A program made the translations under genes and the position numbers. Shown piece after piece: positions 14,182 through 21,195 of a stretch of DNA of 21,195 nucleotides (position 1 is the stretch's first letter; the number at the start of each line of letters is the position of its first letter). Under the pieces are notes generated by a model. It searched no databases, was not told the DNA's origin, and saw nothing but the letters and a program-made list of their open reading frames with translations. Source of the DNA: a virus. Its lineage: Duplodnaviria; Heunggongvirae; Uroviricota; Caudoviricetes. Where the stretch lies: the IMG/VR virus record IMGVR_UViG_2534681940_000040; one strand, written 5' to 3'.

Positions 14182-16148
14182 CTGGCTGAACCGCTTCCGA
14201 TTACGTCAAAAACAGGGCCAAACCGTTCAAAGGTGTCGCGCAACGGGGTCAGCCTTTCCATAATCCCGCTGAACACCCCGGCAAAGAAAGCCCTGATAGG
14301 ATCCCAGTATTTCCAGATAAGAACGGCAGCTCCGGCAAGCGCAGCCACGATAAGACCAACCGGACTGAACAACGCCCCGATAACGCCTCCCAGTAAAGAA
14401 ACGGAACCCGTCACCATTCCCCATAGCGCAGGTAACACCCTGACGACATTCATTGACCGGGTAAGAATGTCAAAACCAAGACGCAGGGTGGCCAGCTTCC
14501 CGTAAAGCACCCCAATAACCAGCGACAACGAGCCAATCGTTGCAGTCATTGCCAGCAACGCACCGCCTGCTATCAGTAGCTGGCGCGTCAGTACCGGATG
14601 GGCCTGCGCCAGCGAGGTGATTTTTTCAAGCACCCGCGTGAGCCACTGCGTGACAGAACGCAGCGGACCGTCAACCAGATCACTGATGCGAATACGAAGA
14701 CCTTCCCATGCGCTGTCGAGATTTTTCAGGTCCCCATCAAGATTATCAGCCATTACTTTTGCGACGCGATCGGCCTCTCCCCTTGCCCCCTGCAATTCTC
14801 TGGTCAGTTTTTGCAGCTCTCCTGAACCAGCCGCCGCAACAAGCGTCTGCAAACCAACGAACGCCTCTTCTCCGGCGATGTCCTTGAAGAAGGAGACCTG
14901 GTCCACCTGTCCGTATTTTTGTGTCGCCTTATAGAGATCAAGCAGCACATCCTCCATCGGGCGCATTTTGCCTCTGGCCTCAGCAACTGACACCCCCAGC
15001 TCTTTCAGTGCATCAGCCGCAGCTTTTGGCGGTGATGCAAGGCGGGACAGACTTGCGCGCATGGCCGTGCCAGCATCGCTTCCGCGAAGACCATTATTGG
15101 CAAGCATCCCGGCCATGGCCGCCGCTTCTTCAAGACTGATACCAAGTTTTGCGGCAACCGGACCGGTATACTTCATGGTTTCGCCCAGCGCGCGTAAATC
15201 AGTATTGGTCCGGGTAAATGCTGCTGTCAGCGTATCGCCCACCCGGTCCATTTGATCGGCTGTCAGGTTGAACTGTGTGAGGATATTGGAGCCTATATCA
15301 GCCGTCTCGCCGAGTTCGACGCCACCTGCCAGCGCCATATTAAGAACACCGGGCAATGCGGCCTGAATGGCCTGCGGAGTAAAACCAGCCATTGCCAGAA
15401 AGCTCTGCCCACTGGCGGCATCACTCGCAGTAAACTGTGTTTCAGCAAGTTTTAACGCCTGCTCACGCAGCGCCTTAAACTGCGGGCTGTTTTTGTCGAT
15501 TCGCGTCAGTGCCTGAACGCGGGACATCTCTTTGCCGAACCCGATCGCAGGCTGCAAAAAACGCCCGGCAGCATAGCCGCCCGCCGCTGCCGCACCAATT
15601 GCCAGCGCACCACCTGTTTTCAGTTTTCCCGCGGTTTCCTGCGCGTGCGAATACCGCTCACGCGCCTGCGTTACACGCGCAAGCGCCTGCCGTTCGCGTT
15701 CAAGCTGGTTGTTGTATTGTTCGGTGCGTCTGATGGCCTGCTGAATGGTGTTATCGCTGCCTGTCAGGGAAATGCCGTGGCGTTTCAGCTCTCCGCCAAG
15801 TTCCCTCATTTTCTGAATTTCCCGTGTGCGCGATTCATTCAGGCGTTCAAGCCGGGTGCTTAACTGCTGCATCAGCTTTTGTTGTTTTTCGCTGAGCACT
15901 GTACCCGTGCGTTGTAACTGATTAAGGGCGTTAAGCTGGCGTCGTGCTTTCACGATGCCAGCATCCGCTTTACTGACAGCGTCGCGGGCGCGCTCAAATG
16001 ATCGCGCCTGACGCTCGAGATTTTTGATCGCCCCCTGCGTTCGCTGGATGGAGTCACCAAACTGCCCCATCAGGCGGCGTGCGTTTTCGGCAGGTCGGGT
16101 CAGCCTGTCAACGGCGCTGAAAGCGACCCGGATATCAAGAGTCTTCAT
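14058..16148 (-). CDS. T: tail tape measure protein, N-terminal portion (gene apparently frameshifted)
   Basis: Long ORF starting MKTLDIRV at ATG 16148, overlapping the E' stop. Its last approximately 40 residues are Cys/Arg/Trp-rich and look out of frame. Confidence 0.75.
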   Translation of the reverse strand: MKTLDIRVAFSAVDRLTRPAENARRLMGQFGDSIQRTQGAIKNLERQARSFERARDAVSKADAGIVKARRQLNALNQLQRTGTVLSEKQQKLMQQLSTRLERLNESRTREIQKMRELGGELKRHGISLTGSDNTIQQAIRRTEQYNNQLERERQALARVTQARERYSHAQETAGKLKTGGALAIGAAAAGGYAAGRFLQPAIGFGKEMSRVQALTRIDKNSPQFKALREQALKLAETQFTASDAASGQSFLAMAGFTPQAIQAALPGVLNMALAGGVELGETADIGSNILTQFNLTADQMDRVGDTLTAAFTRTNTDLRALGETMKYTGPVAAKLGISLEEAAAMAGMLANNGLRGSDAGTAMRASLSRLASPPKAAADALKELGVSVAEARGKMRPMEDVLLDLYKATQKYGQVDQVSFFKDIAGEEAFVGLQTLVAAAGSGELQKLTRELQGARGEADRVAKVMADNLDGDLKNLDSAWEGLRIRISDLVDGPLRSVTQWLTRVLEKITSLAQAHPVLTRQLLIAGGALLAMTATIGSLSLVIGVLYGKLATLRLGFDILTRSMNVVRVLPALWGMVTGSVSLLGGVIGALFSPVGLIVAALAGAAVLIWKYWDPIRAFFAGVFSGIMERLTPLRDTFERFGPVFDVIGSGSARCLTGLNRCCHRWSPARKRWINVPVLARYSVTFLVVRYSLF

Positions 16149-16664
16149 TGTCTGCATTCCCGCTGCGAAGTGCCGCCCGCTCACGCCAGCTAACCACTTC
16201 GCCGGGCGTCATCATGAAGATTTCGGCGGGCGACCAGTTAAAAATAACGGCAATATCTGCCACAAAGTCTTCTATGTGCTCAAAGCACACAACCGTGATC
16301 AGGCTTCCGTCGCCTGTTCGTTCTTCCCGCCAGAGTCCGCACCGCTCAAAAAATTTACGGCAACCACACATAACTGAATAAAGTCACGGGATGCCATTTT
16401 TTTGATCGTCACTTCATCCAGTCGCGGTGATGTCACGCGTGACAGCAGCGTAAACATGGATTCCGCTTTCAGATTCAGCACATCAGACAGCGACAAATCT
16501 CGCAGAGATCCAGCCTGCTCAATAGCCCCGGTGATCTCCACATACGTGATTTTTTCGCCGCCTCGCTCAATTGGTTGGGTAAGTTTTACACCACGCTCAC
16601 TGGTTTCTTTCACAGTGTCAGTAACTACCGTGTTTTCGGTATCGATGTTTTTCGTCTCTTTCAT
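16135..16664 (-). CDS. gpE+E' -1 programmed-frameshift fusion product
   Basis: Slippery heptamer T-TTT-TTG at 16347-16353 (minus strand) in the E frame. The -1 frame continues KFFERCG... to a stop at 16135, overlapping the T start. Confidence 0.7.
16299..16664 (-). CDS. E: tail assembly chaperone gpE
   Basis: 121-aa ORF with SD AAGGAG 7 nt upstream; position between the tube and tape-measure genes. Confidence 0.85.
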   Translation of the reverse strand: MKETKNIDTENTVVTDTVKETSERGVKLTQPIERGGEKITYVEITGAIEQAGSLRDLSLSDVLNLKAESMFTLLSRVTSPRLDEVTIKKMASRDFIQLCVVAVNFLSGADSGGKNEQATEA

Positions 16665-16718
16665 CAGGAAACTCCTTTCAGTCAGAGGCGACGCACTGCG
16701 CCGCCTGCATATTACTTA

Positions 16719-17231
16719 TCAGCCAAGCCCAAGCGCGGAACGGATGCGATCGGGCACAATGTCCTTGCCGTCCTTCCGGTAAATGAAGTTCAGCAGGTCA
16801 ATCTCCCACAACGGGCGATCGTTAACACTCAGCTTGTAGTAGGTGTTTTTAATGGCGTAAGTGTGTGATGTGGCTTCGCCCTGTTTGGCTTCCCCCATAT
16901 CAATTTCCGTCACACGTCCGCGCATTTCGACTTCATACAGGTCGCTTTCATCATCGGTGTAGTATTCCCCCGCAAAACGCAGTAGCGTGCCGTCAATCGT
17001 GCCGCCATACTTCAGGAACAGCTCACGAACTGCGCCCCCCATGACAAAGCTCGCATCAAGCGCGGAGTCGTCCAGGCCGAGGTCAATACTTACCGCACCC
17101 ATCATGCCACCACCCCGGTAGCTGTCGGTTTTGCGCGTCAGTTTAGGCAGGGTGACGGACGTCACCTTACCCACTTCGTTTTCACCATCCACAAACAGCG
17201 TAAAAAAGCGAAGATGTTTTGGTACAGCCAT
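16719..17231 (-). CDS. FII: tail tube protein gpFII
   Basis: 170-aa ORF; size and sequence fit P2 FII (172 aa) as recalled. Start overlaps the FI stop (TGATG). Confidence 0.9.
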   Translation of the reverse strand: MAVPKHLRFFTLFVDGENEVGKVTSVTLPKLTRKTDSYRGGGMMGAVSIDLGLDDSALDASFVMGGAVRELFLKYGGTIDGTLLRFAGEYYTDDESDLYEVEMRGRVTEIDMGEAKQGEATSHTYAIKNTYYKLSVNDRPLWEIDLLNFIYRKDGKDIVPDRIRSALGLG

Positions 17232-18415
17232 CAGGCACCTCCCAGCACCGCAAATGCGGGACCAAAGAATTCATCAGTAAACGACTGGTAAAGCTCCATG
17301 TCTTCCAGCGGAGGAACGGGCGTATATTTGTAGCGAATACGCACACGCCCCTGACGTAAATTCGTGGTGCTGTTATCCTCGATGTCATACCAGCACTCCG
17401 CGCCAATCAGTTTCCCGGCAGTAACCAGTGAATCCAGTTTTGCCCTGATGGCACTGATAACATCCTTCACGTTCGCAGGTGTCAGTGGACTGTCGATGGT
17501 TTCAAACTGCGCTTCCGCAATTGAATCAGCCAGCACCTGTGCGGTTCGGGTATACACCTCAAAGATGTAGGCGTTCGTTTCCGGTGTGCGGTTGCCCCAG
17601 AAGCGGAACCCGTTGCGACGAATAATGGTCGTGATTTCTTTGTTGTTGAGGCTGTTGGCATCACTGTCTTCGGCCTGCAACGACCAGAACACATGCCTCG
17701 ACATCCCAAGCACATTTTTAACCGGAACGTTGGACAGCGATTTGTGCCAGCCCTGCTCATGGTCAATGTACGCACGAAGGCCGCACGCATAAGCAGGCGC
17801 GGGGAACGTTTCGTTTTTGCCACTTTTCAGGTTGTAGGCGATGAAGTCAGGCCATAAGAGCATCACCTCACGTTCGTTGAATTTCTGGCGGTAGGTAATC
17901 GCCTCAGCCATCGTGTTACAACCATGACATGTGGCATACACAAACGCGCGCAGTTTACCCGCAATCACGCACAGGGATTTTGTTACCGCCTCCGTGTCCA
18001 GCTCCGGCGCGGCCAGAATACGCGGACGGTATCCGATGCTTTCATCCTGCTCTGCAACAAGCAGCGCATACATCCCCGTATAGCTGCCGTCAGATTCAGA
18101 ACCACCGATAACCAGTTGATCCTGCGTCTTACCGCCTTCTTCTTTGTGTTCAGCCACGCGAACGACGATCACTTTTGTGCTCACCTGGTCTGCGATAGCC
18201 TTAAGCGCACGATAAAGCGTCCCCGTAGTCCCGCATTTTCCCAGCACGTCATTGACGCGGGTCAGCAGTGTGGGCTTGTTCAGCGGGAACAGCTCCGCGT
18301 CCGCATCATCTGCCGTTGCCACGATACCGATAACACTGGAATCAACATCATTAATCGCTGTTACCAGGTCGGTACTTTCCGTAACACGGGCACCATGAAA
18401 ACGAGTTTCACTCAT
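17231..18415 (-). CDS. FI: contractile tail sheath protein gpFI
   Basis: 394-aa ORF (P2 FI is 396 aa) with SD AAGGGG upstream. Confidence 0.9.
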   Translation of the reverse strand: MSETRFHGARVTESTDLVTAINDVDSSVIGIVATADDADAELFPLNKPTLLTRVNDVLGKCGTTGTLYRALKAIADQVSTKVIVVRVAEHKEEGGKTQDQLVIGGSESDGSYTGMYALLVAEQDESIGYRPRILAAPELDTEAVTKSLCVIAGKLRAFVYATCHGCNTMAEAITYRQKFNEREVMLLWPDFIAYNLKSGKNETFPAPAYACGLRAYIDHEQGWHKSLSNVPVKNVLGMSRHVFWSLQAEDSDANSLNNKEITTIIRRNGFRFWGNRTPETNAYIFEVYTRTAQVLADSIAEAQFETIDSPLTPANVKDVISAIRAKLDSLVTAGKLIGAECWYDIEDNSTTNLRQGRVRIRYKYTPVPPLEDMELYQSFTDEFFGPAFAVLGGA

Positions 18416-18573
18416 AGCTTCAGCCCCTTGTATCCGTTAAATGATTCGGCAACAATCATCACCCACCACTCGCGTAATCTCACCCCTGCGCCGTTCATCC
18501 CGCCACGGCGACAACAAAAAGCAGTAACCCCCTCCGCACGCACATGCGACCATGCCGCACAGGGAGGGAACAG

Positions 18574-18742
18574 ATGACCGACACCACCATGCAATTGCTC
18601 AGTCAGGGCACAGACCACGTGAAAGTGCCGGATTTTGATATTCTCGCGGAGGGTAAAACGCTGTCAGGCGTGGCAGAGCGCCTGATGAGCCTGTCACTGA
18701 CCGACAACCGGGGATTTGAGGCGGACCAGCTCACCATCACGC
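18574..18742 (+). pseudogene. D: tail protein gpD, N-terminal fragment interrupted by IS3
   Basis: ATG 18574 with SD GGGAGGG. Encodes MTDTTMQLL...LSLTDNRGFEADQLTITL, matching the gpD N-terminal motif (LTDNRG.EADQL) as recalled. Frame is broken by IS3 at 18743. Confidence 0.8.
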
Positions 18743-18796
18743 TGAACCGCCCCGGGAATCCTGGAGACTAAACTCCCTGAGAAAGAGGTAAACAGG

Positions 18797-19123
18797 ATGA
18801 CTAAAAATACACGTTTTTCCCCCGAGGTCCGTCAACGGGCAGTCCGTATGGTTCTGGAAAGTCAGGGCGAATATGACTCACAATGGGCGGCAATTTGTTC
18901 CATTGCCCCAAAGATTGGCTGTACACCAGAGACTCTGCGTGTGTGGGTTCGTCAGCATGAGCGGGATACCGGGGGCGGTGATGGTGGACTCACCACCGCT
19001 GAACGTCAGCGTCTGAAAGAGCTGGAACGTGAAAATCGTGAACTGCGCCGCAGTAACGATATCCTTCGCCAGGCTTCCGCTTATTTTGCGAAGGCGGAGT
19101 TCGACCGCCTCTGGAAAAAATAA
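18797..19123 (+). CDS. insE: IS3 orfA (InsE)
   Basis: 108-aa ORF; recognised IS3 orfA sequence. Confidence 0.9.
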   Translation: MTKNTRFSPEVRQRAVRMVLESQGEYDSQWAAICSIAPKIGCTPETLRVWVRQHERDTGGGDGGLTTAERQRLKELERENRELRRSNDILRQASAYFAKAEFDRLWKK

Positions 19124-20010
19124 TGCCGCTGCTGGATAAGCTGCGTGAGCAGTACGGGGTCGGACCGGTATGCAGTGAACTGCATATTGCCCCGTCAACG
19201 TATTACCACTGTCAGCAACAGCGACATCATCCGGATAAACGCAGTGCCCGTGCGCAGCGCGATGACTGGCTGAAGAGAGAGATACAGCGCGTATACGATG
19301 AAAATCATCAGGTGTACGGTGTGCGTAAAGTCTGGCGCCAGTTGTTACGCGAAGGTATCAGGGTGGCCAGATGTACAGTGGCGCGCCTCATGGCGGTTAT
19401 GGGACTTGCCGGTGTTCTCCGGGGTAAAAAGGTCCGTACTACCGTCAGCCGGAAAGCCGTTTCCGCAGGCGACCGCGTAAACCGTCAGTTCGTGGCAGAA
19501 CGTCCTGACCAGCTGTGGGTGGCTGATTTTACTTACGTCAGCACATGGCAGGGCTTCGTCTATGTGGCGTTCATCATTGATGTGTTTTCCGGATGTATCG
19601 TGGGGTGGCGAGTCTCATCGTCTATGGAAACGACATTCGTGCTGGATGCACTGGAGCAGGCGTTGTGGGCCCGTCGGCCGTCCGGCACAGTCCATCACAG
19701 TGATAAAGGTTCTCAGTATGTATCACTGGCCTATACGGAGCGACTAAAAGAAGCAAAACTGCTGGCATCAACAGGGAGTACAGGTGACTCGTATGACAAC
19801 GCGATGGCGGAGAGCATCAATGGTCTTTACAAAGCGGAGGTAATACACCGTAAGAGCTGGAAAAACCGTGCAGAAGTGGAACTGGCCACACTCACGTGGG
19901 TGGACTGGTATAACAATCGACGATTGCTGGGAAGGCTGGGTCATATCCCTCCGGCAGAAGCAGAAAAAGCTTATTATGCTTCCATCAGAAACGATGATCT
20001 GGCAGCCTGA
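19123..20010 (+). CDS. insF: IS3 orfB transposase (InsF), DDE integrase fold
   Basis: 295-aa ORF in the -1 frame relative to orfA, start overlapping the orfA stop (TAATG). Confidence 0.9.
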   Translation: MPLLDKLREQYGVGPVCSELHIAPSTYYHCQQQRHHPDKRSARAQRDDWLKREIQRVYDENHQVYGVRKVWRQLLREGIRVARCTVARLMAVMGLAGVLRGKKVRTTVSRKAVSAGDRVNRQFVAERPDQLWVADFTYVSTWQGFVYVAFIIDVFSGCIVGWRVSSSMETTFVLDALEQALWARRPSGTVHHSDKGSQYVSLAYTERLKEAKLLASTGSTGDSYDNAMAESINGLYKAEVIHRKSWKNRAEVELATLTWVDWYNNRRLLGRLGHIPPAEAEKAYYASIRNDDLAA

Positions 20011-20052
20011 GTTCACAGATAAAACACTCTCCAGGAAAACCGGGGCGGTTCA

Positions 20053-20153
20053 CGCTGGATGATGCAGATGGTCAGTTGCAGCTACCGCCACGGGGCGCGC
20101 GCCTGACGGTTCTCATTGGCTGGAAAGGAGAACCGCTGACAGAAAAAGGCACT
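20053..20153 (+). pseudogene. D: tail protein gpD, internal fragment between IS3 and IS30
   Basis: With one CGC copy removed the reading continues in frame: ...TITL|DDADGQLQLPPRGARLTVLIGWKGEPLTEKGT, then is cut by the IS30 end at 20154. Confidence 0.75.
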
Positions 20154-21195
20154 TGTAGATTCAATCTGTCAATGCAACACCCCTTTCAATTATCTCTTTC
20201 GGTGTTTTGAACTTCAGTGTCTTTCTCGGTCTGTTGTTTAGCTGAGCAGCAACCAGATCTAGTTCATGTTGAGTATATTGGGCAAGACATGTCTTTTTAG
20301 GAAAGTACTGCCGAATTAGCCCATTTGTGTTCTCATTTGTTCCCCGCTGCCAAGGACTCTGAGGATCGCAGAAGTAAACTTTAACGCCGGTGCTGACAGT
20401 AAATTCTAGATGTCTGGCCAGTTCCATTCCTCTGTCCCATGTCAGTGATTTTCTGAGTTCTGACGGTAAACTCAGGAATTTGTCGGTAAGAGCCTGATTT
20501 ACTGAGACAGAATCTTTGCCCCTGAGTCTGAGGATGATCGTATAACGTGATTTTCGGTCTACAAGTGTGGCTATATGAGAGTTTTTTGTACCTGAGACTA
20601 AATCGCCCTCCCAATGCCCTAGAGAGCGTCTGTTATCGATATTTCGGGAACGTTCGTGAATTGGTGTTCCGTTCACTATGTTAATCGTACCTCTTTCGCC
20701 TTTGCGGGTATGACGCCTGCCATGGCGAAGGCTATGCGACCGTCGCAGATGCTGTATATTCAGGTGGTGTAGCGCTTCACGGCTACGAAAGTACAGCGTT
20801 TTATAAATTGTCTCAGGTGATATTCGCAGCGTTTTTTGACGTGGTTTTGTTCGCCTTAACCATCCTGATATTTGCTCTGGAGACCATTTCATCTCCAGCT
20901 TTTCCAGAACAAGCTTTCGCAATGGTAAATTTTGATCCAGTAAGCACGGTTTTGGCCTTTTCGCCATTCTGTTGGCTCGGTTATTAGCATCAACAGCTTT
21001 GTAATAGCGTCTGCCCCGATTACGCTGAACTTCACGTGAGATCGTCGAAGGACTGCGATTCAGCGCAGTAGCTATCGCACGAATGCTCATTTTGGCTGAC
21101 AAACCAGCTCGTATCTCCTCGCGCTCAGACAGTGTCAGGTGAGCTACAGCCCGCTTACGCTCATGGGGTTTTATGCCGCCAGTATCCCTTAACAT
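20154..21195 (-). mobile_element. IS30, partial (runs off the window end)
   Basis: Terminal IR TGTAGATTCAATCTGTCAATGCAACA at 20154-20179; transposase on the minus strand. Confidence 0.85.
20161..21195 (-). CDS. insI: IS30 transposase (InsI), N-terminus beyond the window
   Basis: 344 aa visible, recognised as the IS30 transposase (about 383 aa full length). Stop at 20161-20163. Confidence 0.9.
   Translation of the reverse strand: MLRDTGGIKPHERKRAVAHLTLSEREEIRAGLSAKMSIRAIATALNRSPSTISREVQRNRGRRYYKAVDANNRANRMAKRPKPCLLDQNLPLRKLVLEKLEMKWSPEQISGWLRRTKPRQKTLRISPETIYKTLYFRSREALHHLNIQHLRRSHSLRHGRRHTRKGERGTINIVNGTPIHERSRNIDNRRSLGHWEGDLVSGTKNSHIATLVDRKSRYTIILRLRGKDSVSVNQALTDKFLSLPSELRKSLTWDRGMELARHLEFTVSTGVKVYFCDPQSPWQRGTNENTNGLIRQYFPKKTCLAQYTQHELDLVAAQLNNRPRKTLKFKTPKEIIERGVALTD

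Larger units (their letters stand above)
18743..20052 (+). mobile_element. IS3, complete copy with 3-bp target-site duplication
   Basis: Terminal IRs TGAACCGCCCCGGGAATCCTGGAGAC (left) and imperfect inverse ...TCTCCAGGAAAACCGGGGCGGTTCA (right). Flanked by CGC at 18740-18742 and 20053-20055. orfA/orfB overlap in the -1 frame. Confidence 0.9.

Noticed and set aside
18416-18573. Ogr/Delta-type late promoter (TGT-N12-ACA) upstream of FI or gpD
   Set aside because: Every TGT on both strands was checked and none is followed by ACA at the right spacing. The late promoter may differ in this lineage or be lost, so no promoter is called here.
10482-20052. Recombination between the two inverted IS3 copies as the cause of the tail-module inversion
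   Set aside because: The complete IS3 sits in gpD with an intact CGC duplication, and inverting the whole inter-IS segment would not change the relative orientation of tfa, the tail block and the gpD N-terminus within it.
1-21195. CRISPR array or other long tandem repeat
   Set aside because: No regularly spaced direct repeats were seen. The only repeats are the short motifs at 5363-5556 and 9045-9134 and the IS copies.

Overview
This window reads as a degraded, IS-riddled P2-family (P2/186-like) prophage of an enterobacterial host; IS3 and IS30 point to E. coli/Shigella. All family assignments are from reading the translated ORFs and recalled motifs, not from a database search. Left to right: a P2-type tyrosine integrase (-), an AT-rich immunity region with an XRE-HTH repressor followed by two accessory genes (-), a divergent promoter/operator, a rightward early operon of small genes ending in a gpA-like rolling-circle replication initiator (+), a ParM/ParR partition-like module (+), a truncated IS3 abutting a 5'-truncated tail-fibre assembly gene, an AT-rich acetyltransferase moron with its own promoter (-), a tail module U-T-E/E'-FII-FI on the minus strand, and gpD (+) broken by a complete IS3 (CGC target duplication) and then IS30. 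Head, lysis, baseplate and fibre genes are absent. The best candidates for an undescribed system are the repressor-linked module at 1008-2454, the structured non-coding island at 5276-5597, the ParMR module, and the acetyltransferase moron. Three apparent frameshifts each sit in a short homopolymer run, so sequencing error must be excluded first.
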